The notes: a model not told the origin generated them from the letters alone. DNA of 63,025 nucleotides, filler included, from Octopus bimaculoides (GCF_001194135.2; 5 parts of 5 records of this genome joined end to end with filler, not necessarily neighbours in it), one strand, 5' to 3'. Shown: positions 50,244 through 61,088, numbered from the whole stretch's first letter. Numbers and translations are program-made.

Positions 50244-51093
50244 NNNNNNNNNNNNNNNNNNNNNNNNNNNNNNNNNNNNNNNNNNNNNNNNNNNNNNNNN
50301 NNNNNNNNNNNNNNNNNNNNNNNNNNNNNNNNNNNNNNNNNNNNNNNNNNNNNNNNNNNNNNNNNNNNNNNNNNNNNNNNNNNNNNNNNNNNNNNNNNNN
50401 NNNNNNNNNNNNNNNNNNNNNNNNNNNNNNNNNNNNNNNNNNNNNNNNNNNNNNNNNNNNNNNNNNNNNNNNNNNNNNNNNNNNNNNNNNNNNNNNNNNN
50501 NNNNNNNNNNNNNNNNNNNNNNNNNNNNNNNNNNNNNNNNNNNNNNNNNNNNNNNNNNNNNNNNNNNNNNNNNNNNNNNNNNNNNNNNNNNNNNNNNNNN
50601 NNNNNNNNNNNNNNNNNNNNNNNNNNNNNNNNNNNNNNNNNNNNNNNNNNNNNNNNNNNNNNNNNNNNNNNNNNNNNNNNNNNNNNNNNNNNNNNNNNNN
50701 NNNNNNNNNNNNNNNNNNNNNNNNNNNNNNNNNNNNNNNNNNNNNNNNNNNNNNNNNNNNNNNNNNNNNNNNNNNNNNNNNNNNNNNNNNNNNNNNNNNN
50801 NNNNNNNNNNNNNNNNNNNNNNNNNNNNNNNNNNNNNNNNNNNNNNNNNNNNNNNNNNNNNNNNNNNNNNNNNNNNNNNNNNNNNNNNNNNNNNNNNNNN
50901 NNNNNNNNNNNNNNNNNNNNNNNNNNNNNNNNNNNNNNNNNNNNNNNNNNNNNNNNNNNNNNNNNNNNNNNNNNNNNNNNNNNNNNNNNNNNNNNNNNNN
51001 NNNNNNNNNNNNNNNNNNNNNNNNNNNNNNNNNNNNNNNNNNNNNNNNNNNNNNNNNNNNNNNNNNNNNNNNNNNNNNNNNNNNNNNNNNNNN

Positions 51094-51161
<68 letters not shown>

Positions 51162-51570
51162 CATGCATGTGTATGTATATGTGTATGTGTGTGTGTGTGT
51201 ATGTGCGTGCGTGTATTCATATTGCATCTTGCTTTATAAATAGTATGAAAAGTAACAGAAAATATGTAGCACTCGATGCAGAGCTGTGGAAAATGTATTT
51301 GTACTTATAAAGCTATGCGAGTAAAGTTATCGTATAGATTACCATTGATTTTGCGGTCATGGTCTTCAAAGGTAATGTGTGTGTGTGTGTGTGTGTGTGT
51401 GTACACATACATACGTGCATACATACATATGCATGTGTATGGCTATGTATATTGCACAATGTTATTAGAAATCCAATGTGTATGTAATCTGTACAAGAAA
51501 GCAGTTCATGAGCTAACTTTTTTTAAAGTGAGAAAAAGAAACAAAATTAATGCATTAAGCTACGAATGAA

Positions 51571-51798
51571 AGAAAGATATCTAGACGTTTCGGTCAATTT
51601 GTCTTTCGTCAAGATAGAGCGATGAAGAAAAAGAGAAAGTTTTATTTTCTGATCAAAAGTGTGTTTGTGATTTTTGTTATATATAGAAAGATATCTAGAC
51701 GTTTCGGTCAATTTGTCTTTCGTCAAGATAGGGTGATGAAGAAAAAGAGAAAGTTTTATTTTCTAATCAAAAGTGTGTTTGTGAGTTTTGCTATATAT
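51571..51798. repeat. Two 114-bp tandem copies
   Basis: AGAAAGATATCTAGACGTTTCGG... starts at 51571 and 51685, with a few substitutions between copies. Confidence 0.9.
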
Positions 51799-52984
51799 GG
51801 TTCTAAGAAAATAGTTAAAATGGTTTTAAAACACGATTTTCATTATCCAATTATTTTTCCTCTTTTTTTTTTCTCTTCCTATCTAGCCCAAAGAAGACAT
51901 ATTGTCCAAAACATCNNNNNNNNNNNNNNNNNNNNNNNNNNNNNNNNNNNNNNNNNNNNNNNNNNNNNNNNNNNNNNNNNNNNNNNNNNNNNNNNNNNNN
52001 NNNNNNNNNNNNNNNNNNNNNNNNNNNNNNNNNNNNNNNNNNNNNNNNNNNNNNNNNNNNNNNNNNNNNNNNNNNNNNNNNNNNNNNNNNNNNNNNNNNN
52101 NNNNNNNNNNNNNNNNNNNNNNNNNNNNNNNNNNNNNNNNNNNNNNNNNNNNNNNNNNNNNNNNNNNNNNNNNNNNNNNNNNNNNNNNNNNNNNNNNNNN
52201 NNNNNNNNNNNNNNNNNNNNNNNNNNNNNNNNNNNNNNNNNNNNNNNNNNNNNNNNNNNNNNNNNNNNNNNNNNNNNNNNNNNNNNNNNNNNNNNNNNNN
52301 NNNNNNNNNNNNNNNNNNNNNNNNNNNNNNNNNNNNNNNNNNNNNNNNNNNNNNNNNNNNNNNNNNNNNNNCATAATTTCAATCACATAATGCGGATAAC
52401 TAAAAAAAAAATTCACCCGGATTGGATGTTAGCGTATTGCAGATACCTTCCCAGAAACTCAGTTCGCCCAAATTGTTAATCACCACGATTCACTAAACAC
52501 TTTGTCCAATCCAATGAAAACCCAACCCGATGGAAATCCCCTCTTCGCTCACGTTATTATTGTTGAAATAGGGCAGCTATTTTGAGCAGGTCAAGTCTAC
52601 ATGCGGTGACTTCATCCATGGTCAGCCCTGGTTTAACAGACCTATGATCAAAAATATTCCACCCGGGACCACCCAACAGATATCTGATTTTTTACACAGG
52701 ATTTTTTTGGCACTTTAAAGGAGAAGTGTTTGCTAGGGAAACTATCCTTCACCCTAGATCTAACCCTTCATTCTAGAGCTAGCCCTCATCATATATCTCA
52801 CGTTTTATCGTACTTTAACTTTTCTACCCCGAGCTAACCTTCAACCCTAGATCTAACTTTCCATTGTAGGTCAAACCTTTCATCTTACATGTAACCCTTC
52901 ACACAGCATTTACCCCTTCTAGAAATAATCCTTCAGCCGGAATCTCGACTCTAACCCAATGGGGAAGTCTCTATATTGTCACTT

Positions 52985-53125
52985 GACTAGCTAGAAATAG
53001 CAACTAAATCTTCCTCAAATCACACCCTACTGAATAAAAGTTGATGGTCATGACTGGAACGTCTTCAATCATGGGTCTACTCGATCAGAACTAACACGAA
53101 GCAAAACAACATCAACAACAACAAT
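52985..53125 (+). mobile_element. Fragment of a further interspersed repeat with a (CAA)n tail; related pieces at 30460-30540, 30861-30930 and 52600-52675 (-)
   Basis: GCTAGAAATAGCAAC.AAATC...CAAATCA and GACTGGA...ATCA..GGTCT...ATCAG.ACT.AC...AAACAAC recur at these sites. Confidence 0.5.
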
Positions 53126-53539
53126 AACCCTAACCTAAGTTAATATGTAGGAGATCGTTCGATCTGCCTGTCCAGTTATTTAAACAGTTAGCATACACAC
53201 AAATACGACGGTTCGATGTTGTGGCCTGTCTTAGTTGACAAGTTACAGACTCAGAGTAATTTATCGTTTTATGTTCTTTACGAATAGATAAAAGTTAAAA
53301 TTAACTCTGGCATGATTTAATCTCAAAATGTGAACTGAAAGAACTGAATATTGCAAACTCTTTTCCTCGATATCATAACGATTCTGACAATAGTTGTTAC
53401 CAAATTACTGGTGCGTTAACAGCGTTTCCTTTCAATATATTCTACTACACTACAGAATATATCTATAGGTTCTAGCCTGCACTGTATGTGTACACAGGTA
53501 TAAATACAATATTTTAATAGCCAACTGAACTAATTTCAG

Positions 53540-53601
53540 TCCTTAATCGGGATTTCTTTGGCGACAGAGATACTGACCACAAACTCACTGTTATTAAGGG
53601 T
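53540..53601 (+). CDS. Candidate 62-nt exon, product unknown
   Basis: CTAATTTCAG| acceptor and GGT|GTAAGT donor. It can read LNRDFFGDRDTDHKLTVIKG. It is not phase-compatible as the direct successor of 49673-49974. Confidence 0.25.
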
Positions 53602-53701
53602 GTAAGTAAATTGGATAACTCAATTGGCATGTGTGTGTGCTTATATATATGTATATATATATATATGCGCGTGTGTGTGTATGTATGCGAATGTATATAT
53701 G

Positions 53702-53760
<59 letters not shown>

Positions 53761-54317
53761 ACATATATATATGTACACATATATATATATATATACACAC
53801 ACATACATATATACACACATGTATATACACACATATATATAGATATAGATATATATGTATATATATGTATATGCATACACACACACACGGTCCTTAACAG
53901 TTCGATTAATCAAATTACCGGCGCGCTAAGCGCATTTAGTTTCAATGTTATCCTGCAGGAGTGTAGCGTGGACAGAGCAACTGACACGATTGTCCCAGGC
54001 GCAAAACTCTTTGGGGCGCAAAATTTCAAAACAAAAAATAAAATAGTAATGATTTAAAAAATACGTCATTGCTATGCTTTTATCTACAGATTTTAGCCAA
54101 TCCTGTACCTAAGGTTTTATATACAATATCTTCCTGGATAGAAAAAGGGAGATCCACCGTGTACAAAGATGCACAAATATATTATCACATTGCGATAATA
54201 TTGGAAAAACAAAAATCGAAAATATATTTTAAACAAAATGAAAAAATATTAGAGAAATTGAAGATATAAAAAGGTGAAACAAATCTTCTAATAAATGAAA
54301 ATATTGATTTCAAATTT

Positions 54318-54530
54318 TGGCTCAAGGCCGGAAATTTCGGGGTAGGGGGTAAGTATATGAATGGTACTTATTTTATCGACCTCAGTGCACAACTGGTACT
54401 TATTTTATCGACTCCGAAAGGATGAAAGGCAACGTCGACGTTGGCGGATGTTCAACGCAGAACGTAAAGACAGACGGAATGTCGCTAAGCATTTTGTCCG
54501 GCGTGTTAACGATTTTGCTAGCTCGCCGCT
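54318..54530 (-). mobile_element. SINE family 2
   Basis: Reverse complement head and core match. Confidence 0.8.
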
Positions 54531-54558
54531 TTAATAAACGAGGATATCAAAAAAGAGA

Positions 54559-54900
54559 CTTAAGATATTTCAGTATTTGAAGATATATAAAGCCCTGAAA
54601 ATATTCTGAAAAACTGGGTACATTAACACTGGGTACATTAACACTGGGTACATTAACACTGGGTACATTTGTTTGTTTTTATCATTAGATAAAAACAAAC
54701 AAACCGAAATAGTTTTTTAAAAGTAGGAAAAATAAAAAAAAAAGAAACTTAAGATATTTCAGTATTTGAAGATATATAAAGTCCTGAAAATATTTTGAAA
54801 AACTGGATACATTAACATTGGGTACATTTGTTTGTTTTTATCATTAGATAAAAACAAACAAACCAAAATAGTTTTTTTAAAGTAGAAATATAAAAAAAAA
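54559..54900. repeat. Tandem duplication (189 + about 155 bp) with internal 15-bp VNTR and a perfect 16-bp hairpin
   Basis: CTTAAGATATTTCAG at 54559 and 54748. ACTGGGTACATTAAC occurs about 4 times in copy 1 and about 2 times in copy 2. TTTGTTTGTTTTTATC-ATTA-GATAAAAACAAACAAA is in both copies. Confidence 0.9.
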
Positions 54901-54912
54901 GTTTTTTTAGAA

Positions 54913-55012
54913 NNNNNNNNNNNNNNNNNNNNNNNNNNNNNNNNNNNNNNNNNNNNTTAATTAATTAANNNNNNNNNNNNNNNNNNNNNNNNNNNNNNNN
55001 NNNNNNNNNNNN
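54913..55012. other. Artificial scaffold-join spacer
   Basis: 44 N + TTAATTAATTAA (54957-68) + 44 N. Confidence 0.95.
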
Positions 55013-55200
55013 CTACTTATTTATTTATCTATTTATTTATCTATTTATTTATTATATCTTTCTCCGTTTTCTTCCTCTGTTTAGACGAACTTTCCTACCT
55101 TTTCGGACAAAACCTTCGTCCTGTCTTTGTCCTTATATGTCTTTAATTGATATTAGCCCTTGTGGCCAATAAAACGAATTAATTATTATTATTATTATTA

Positions 55201-55234
<34 letters not shown>

Positions 55235-57625
55235 CCTCCTCCTCCTCCTCCTCCTCCTCATCATCATCATCGTCGTCATCATCATTATCATCATCGTCGT
55301 CATCATCATCATCATCATCATCATCATTATGATTATAATTATTATTGTTATTTGTACCACTCTCTTGACCTTAACATACTCCCTGCTTCACTTCTCAAGT
55401 TTCTCTGCTTTTCAATATGCCGATATTCTTGCTGATTATCATCTTGATGTCTTTGCTTCTCCTGGTCTTTACCCACACACTTCGTTTTTCAACTCTACCA
55501 TCGCTCTCACAGCTTTGACCTCTAGCGCCCTTGTGTTTCGCTTTATGATTTTCCCTCTTTTCATCTCTTTTTTTCGTCACCGTTTTCTTATGTTCTTCTT
55601 CCTTACCTTAACTATGATTCCCCCATCTCTGTCTAGTGAAGAAGGAGAGAGTGATATAAAGTAAAATACAAGATGATTATCGTTTAAAGCTGTTAGAACG
55701 GTGGTAAAATTTGATTAAGGGGGAATGGAGTGGGTAACGATCAGGAGAAAGGAAAATATTAAGATGATCAACAAGTAAAGCTGTAAATTTATTTGGTACC
55801 ATCAGATTACATCTCACACAGGCGAAGGATTCTGCTCGAAACGTTAGACTTTTCGTGGCAAACTAATTTATCCCACTTTTAAACTATTTACACTCAGTAA
55901 TTGCCAACACAGATCACTCCCAGTTTCCTCGGATCCTACAGTTTGCTTGTTAATTAGAATTTCTGCAAATTCTTACCACAACTGTGACTAAATGAGTCTA
56001 TACCATATGATGATAAGGTATCTTCTTTCTCTTTCGGCTGACATTGGTACTCTAACCCTGCGCTAATCACCTCTTACATTCACCCAAACCTGTTTTTGCA
56101 ATCACATATGTTTTCCCGGATACTGCTTCCGGTTCAACATGATCCCACGCTAGAACTTACTCTTCCTCATGGCAAATCAATTTATTTCACTTTTAAACTG
56201 TTCACACATACGCGCGCGCGCACACACACACATTCAGCGGACTAGCACACACAGACACACATATGTAAGGTATATTGCGTATAAGGGAAGGGGGTCTATG
56301 TTTGTGTATGTGTGCCTGTGTGCATACATACATTATATACACATACATTAATATGAATGTTTCCTATATAGAAAAAAACATACCCGCAAACAGACATTNN
56401 NNNNNNNNNNNNNNNNNNNNNNNNNNNNNNNNNNNNNNNNNNNNNNNNNNNNNNNNNNNNNNNNNNNNNNNNNNNNNNNNNNNNNNNNNNNNNNNNNNNN
56501 NNNNNNNNNNNNNNNNNNNNNNNNNNNNNNNNNNNNNNNNNNNNNNNNNNNNNNNNNNNNNNNNNNNNNNNNNNNNNNNNNNNNNNNNNNNNNNNNNNNN
56601 NNNNNNNNNNNNNNNNNNNNNNNNNNNNNNNNNNNNNNNNNNNNNNNNNNNNNNNNNNNNNNNNNNNNNNNNNNNNNNNNNNNNNNNNNNNNNNNNNNNN
56701 NNNNNNNNNNNNNNNNNNNNNNNNNNNNNNNNNNNNNNNNNNNNNNNNNNNNNNNNNNNNNNNNNNNNNNNNNNNNNNNNNNNNNNNNNNNNNNNNNNNN
56801 NNNNNNNNNNNNNNNNNNNNNNNNNNNNNNNNNNNNNNNNNNNNNNNNNNNNNNNNNNNNNNNNNNNNNNNNNNNNNNNNNNNNNNNNNNNNNNNNNNNN
56901 NNNNNNNNNNNNNNNNNNNNNNNNNNNNNNNNNNNNNNNNNNNNNNNNNNNNNNNNNNNNNNNNNNNNNNNNNNNNNNNNNNNNNNNNNNNNNNNNNNNN
57001 NNNNNNNNNNNNNNNNNNNNNNNNNNNNNNNNNNNNNNNNNNNNNNNNNNNNNNNNNNNNNNNNNNNNNNNNNNNNNNNNNNNNNNNNNNNNNNNNNNNN
57101 NNNNNNNNNNNNNNNNNNNNNNNNNNNNNNNNNNAGGAAGTCTAAGATGGCCACCGGAAGATAAGCTACTATTAATCAAGGCGGGTCACATGGAGTTGTT
57201 AAGAAATACCAGTTGCTCGGCGTCACCATTTCCTTTAGAAAAGGGAATTCTTTTGGTCGCTTGGCTGGACAGGAAGCTGGTGCCGCCCAAAATATCTGCG
57301 TATGCTTTTCCAGGAATACACTCACACGCACATCCATCCATCGACACACTCAAACGCATGCGTACTCACAACTACACTAACATACATCAAAACAGTACAC
57401 ATAAACACCACATCTGACACACTAGCACACCTGCAAACATAAATAATAAAAGCATATATGCGTACACACCCATTCACACACAAACGCACGCGCACCTATA
57501 CTCGCGCCCTGAATACGTTCGTGCGTGCACGCGTACGTAGTAGGCACTAACGCACATGCACTTACACACACCCATACACTCTATAACCAATACACATCAA
57601 CAACAACGCATTCATACACCTCGTG

Positions 57626-57667
<42 letters not shown>

Positions 57668-57698
57668 TAAAGATAACCATAAATACGGCCGGTCTATC

Positions 57699-57757
57699 GG
57701 GTTACCATGGGTTTCACGTCCATAAAGCGCTTAGATTTAAAGCGTTTCTTCAGACCC
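57699..57757 (-). ncRNA. Type I hammerhead ribozyme candidate in the PLE 3' flank
   Basis: Minus strand: GGGT-CTGAAGA-A-ACG..24 nt..CGT-GAAA-CC-CAT-GG-TA-ACCC. Stems I, II and III close, the core is intact, the cleavage triplet is GUA, and stem III contains palindromic CCATGG. Confidence 0.75.
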
Positions 57758-57861
57758 TAGGCCTATGGCGTTTCTAGCAAAAGGATTCTTTAGAAAATGG
57801 AGGAGGAAAAGATTTCCCCCTTTGACCGCCATTCGTAATTGACCCTGTTAGCGAGTTGATC

Positions 57862-58135
57862 CTAGGACGCCAGCAAGAATTTCCTGTAGAGCAAGCAGGA
57901 ACCGACGACTTCCGTCCTGGAGCTAAAGATGTTTCTCGGGTCGAAGGAGTCCTTTAATATGCACAGTTTACAATATTTGGTCCTATTTATGTAGGGGACT
58001 GGATTTTCTAGGATCTTCGCTGATATTACGTGTGCAGTTCCGTCGTCTTTCAGCCGCCATACATAGCTGGCCAAGGATGTAGCGTATCTCCTTTCCGAAA
58101 TCCTGATAGGGTATCTGTGGTTGGAAGTGGTGCTG
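57862..58135 (-). mobile_element. Penelope-like element endonuclease C-terminus (Naiad-like ending)
   Basis: NHRY...ERRYATSLASYVWRLKD...VISAKILEN..PYINRTKYCKLCILKD...PRNIFSSRTEVVGSC...RKFLLAS-stop. Confidence 0.8.
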
Positions 58136-58331
58136 CTTGAACGTATTACCGGAACATCCGATGTATCTTCGTGCGCGAGTGTTGGCGATATTGTTTTTGT
58201 AGACGTTGACGCTGCCGCTACCGCTGTTATTGGTGTTGGTGTTGGCATCATTAAAGCTAGTGTTGGTGTTGGTGCTGGCGCCGGTGCCTTTAATACTGGC
58301 GTAGGGGATATCATCGGTGGTGGCGCTCTAT

Positions 58332-58396
58332 ACGTAATATCATGGAAGATCCTAGAAAATACAGGCCTCTACATAAATGGGACCAAGCGTCAGTGT
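58332..58396 (+). mobile_element. Inverted second copy of part of the same PLE endonuclease segment
   Basis: YVISWKILENTGLYINGTKR. Reverse complement closely matches 57970-58031. Confidence 0.75.
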
Positions 58397-59051
58397 TAAT
58401 CAGTGTTAAGAAAAGTTTGATCCTTCTCAGTGAATCATAAGTCTAAGGAGTTTCTTAAATATTTTAACATGAACATATTCTGTCCTTTGTTTTTAAACAT
58501 TAATATCGCAATAATGAAAGTGTTTTCATGGTAACACGTGCTTTTATACCACAAGTAAAATTTTTGTTGATCTTTTGTTAAGTATGTCTCATTGTAAGTT
58601 TCATTCCCTTTCTTCTCACAAGCATAAAAGGTAAGATGAATTTATTCTAACTTTAATGCATTCCAAGCAAGTATCTAATTGAAAATTCTTCGAAGTTAAA
58701 TATCTAAGTTCTGTTTATCACACAACTACAATGACTTTCTCTTTCTTCTGTCTCTGTAAACATCACGGCCTCCATATAAATTTCCTCTTTCACTGAACAC
58801 TCTTAAAGTTAAATATTTCAATTCGTTTTAGCACATAACGATATCTCCTTTCCTTCTCTCACCCTTTCGTTACAGACTTTCTTTTTTTCCACGGCACACT
58901 TTATGGGTCTCTTGAATTATGTATCTCTCCTATGTTCGTAATCACTCTTATTCTTTCTCTGTCACTTCTCTTTTATAGAGCTCTATAAATTTGTTACAAG
59001 CCTACAATATAGATCTTGGATCTATTTCAAAACGGGGGCACCAGTTTTCAT

Positions 59052-59208
59052 TTATGTTTTATGTAGTGTTTTTGGTACCGAAAGACTTTCAAACTTCGTA
59101 TACTTATCTATTTTGTGGGAGGGGTATCCTCGATGCATGAACAGACGAGCAAGATACTGGGACTGGGTCTCGAAATCCTGGTCCAGGCTGCACAAACGTC
59201 GGAGGCGG
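59052..59208 (-). mobile_element. Penelope-like RT thumb fragment (Neptune-like motif)
   Basis: IPYSQFLRLRRLCS..QDFETQSQYLARLFMHRGYP. Upstream part is lost in the N gap. Confidence 0.8.
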
Positions 59209-59710
59209 AGGAACTGGGAGTAGGGGATNNNNNNNNNNNNNNNNNNNNNNNNNNNNNNNNNNNNNNNNNNNNNNNNNNNNNNNNNNNNNNNNNNNNNNNN
59301 NNNNNNNNNNNNNNNNNNNNNNNNNNNNNNNNNNNNNNNNNNNNNNNNNNNNNNNNNNNNNNNNNNNNNNNNNNNNNNNNNNNNNNNNNNNNNNNNNNNN
59401 NNNNNNNNNNNNNNNNNNNNNNNNNNNNNNNNNNNNNNNNNNNNNNNNNNNNNNNNNNNNNNNNNNNNNNNNNNNNNNNNNNNNNNNNNNNNNNNNNNNN
59501 NNNNNNNNNNNNNNNNNNNNNNNNNNNNNNNNNNNNNNNNNNNNNNNNNNNNNNNNNNNNNNNNNNNNNNNNNNNNNNNNNNNNNNNNNCACACACACAT
59601 GTATATATATATTTTACATACATATATATTTTTTCAAAATGTAACCACATGTGAATCGGCGATTTTTGCCCCTCCGTCTTCCTTTTCTATTGGACTTTCC
59701 TCTGTCTCTT

Positions 59711-59745
59711 GTTTCCGAAGAAGGGCTTTGCTCGAAACGTAAAAC
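59711..59745 (+). ncRNA. Minimal type I hammerhead-like motif (core variant CCGAAGA)
   Basis: GTTT-CCGAAGA-A-GGGC-TTT-GCTC-GAAAC-GTA-AAAC. Stem I is GTTT/AAAC, stem II is 4 bp with one G-U, and stem III is reduced to palindromic ACGT. Confidence 0.55.
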
Positions 59746-59944
59746 CACCTTTCTTTCCTTCCTTGAGCATCTGCTAATACTTTACATGTACCACGTCCTC
59801 GCGTTGTTGTTGTTTGTTCTTCGTGGAGGGCTCTTCATTGGGCCTCGAGCCCAAGAATGACACTTCATGCGTTGAGTACATATCAAATTTTATTAAACAT
59901 GACCAATATTTTTCAAGCAATGAACAATTTTCGTCAAAACAATA

Positions 59945-60518
59945 ATATAATTTGTCGACAGAGTGTTTGGGTGTCAATCTAAGGACAGTGCAGAGGATTT
60001 GGAAAGAGTTATATGAGTCTAATGGTGATTACGAAGGTACGGCAGTTCGGAAAACTCACCCTGATCGTTCTGATAAGAAAAGAACTCCTGAATTTGTTGA
60101 TGAAATCCAGGCCATGATTCATAACAATCCCTTCAAACCAATCGGGTCCATCGCCAGGGGCATGGGAGTATCTGAGTTTCTAATCAGCAGGTAGCGCATG
60201 AAGATATTCGGTATCCCTCATACAAGATGAGAAAGGGACAATTTTTATCCCAAGCCATTAAAGACAAGAGGAAAAACCGAGCTACGAAGCTTTTGAACAA
60301 ACTGAAGCATCCCTTCCAACCGAACATGCTTTGGTTTTTCTCAGACGAGAAAAATTTCTGCCAGGACCAGATAGTGAACATACAGAACCACCGCTGGCTT
60401 GCCGTGTCCCCAAATTATTGTACTGAGTGTGATGAAAATAAAACATCCAGTCAACATCATGGTGTTTGGAGTGATCACTAGTGATGACAACGTTATGCCT
60501 CCATTCATATTTCCACAT
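59945..60518 (+). mobile_element. Tc1/mariner-superfamily transposase fragment, motifs most like DD37D (maT)
   Basis: HTH VNLRTVQRI...SIARGMGVSE; FFSDEKNF..DQIVNIQNHRWLA; KHPVNIMVFGVITSD..VMPPFIFPH. Two frameshifts. Ends before the 2nd and 3rd Asp, so the class is inferred. Confidence 0.8.
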
Positions 60519-61088
60519 CAAAGCTTGGTTCAAACGCTCTAATTACTGACAGTAGACTTGAGCATTGATTGTTGCATTAGGTGGTAACAATTCAAAGTGA
60601 ATTACTCCTTTGCAATCCCACCAGATAGAGAGAAGAACCTTTTTCCATTGAAGTTTCCTTCTCGGTTGTGGTTGAGATTTTCCCCTTTTACCAAGCCACT
60701 GTTTACGACGTTTAACATTTCTATAGAAGATCCATTTTTCGTCACCAGTCACAAGTCTATCCAAAAAGGGTGAAATGAGTTTGCGAGAATGGAGAGAAGA
60801 GCAGATGTCAACTCGGGATTTACGGTTACTTTCGGACAATTCATGATGCACCTATTTTCCAAGTTTAGGAACCTTTCCAAGTTGTTGAAGATGACGATGA
60901 ACAGTTGTATGGTTTGAACTATGCTTTATTGCCAATTCTTTAACTGATAATGCAGGATTTCTTCAAGTAATGCCTCAAGGAGCTTATCATCAAATTCAAC
61001 TGGATGTCCTGTTCGATCTTCATCTTCAAGGCTGAAATCTCCACTTCTGAATTTTGCAAACCATCTTCTGCAAGTTCTTTCATTTTGG
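60519..61088 (-). mobile_element. Mariner (DD34D-type) transposase fragment
   Basis: RTCRRWFAKFRSGDFSLEDEDRTGHP...HTTVHRHLQQLGKV.KLGK*VHHEL...FLDRLVTGDEKWIFY...KKVLLSIWWDCKGVIHFELLP...YCQ*LERLNQAL. Confidence 0.9.

Noticed and set aside
52745-52960. Telomere-like CTAACCC repeats
   Set aside because: They are degenerate units of about 20 bp with no run of TTAGGG, and at most a decayed minisatellite.
54090-54269. Terminal exon continuing 53540-53601
   Set aside because: Phase-compatible but AT-rich, with no recognisable similarity, so it is indistinguishable from a chance ORF.
17992-55012. TTAATTAATTAA recurring four times as a possible regulatory or recombination motif
   Set aside because: It is always centred in exactly 44 N + 44 N, so it is an assembly spacer.
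55330-55850. Possible eroded PLE endonuclease end plus half hammerhead (GCTCGAAACGTT)
   Set aside because: Protein similarity is not convincing, and the CUGANGA half and stem I are missing.
439-56400. The many track ORFs made of YI/HT/CV/RE dipeptides, poly-I/L/D/E/K/S/H runs or X runs
   Set aside because: They are translations of microsatellites and N gaps, open in several frames at once, with no splice or complexity support.
35857-58135. Selenocysteine recoding in the Naiad-like PLE fragments
   Set aside because: The visible zinc-finger cysteines use TGT/TGC, and no in-frame TGA occurs at a Cys position.
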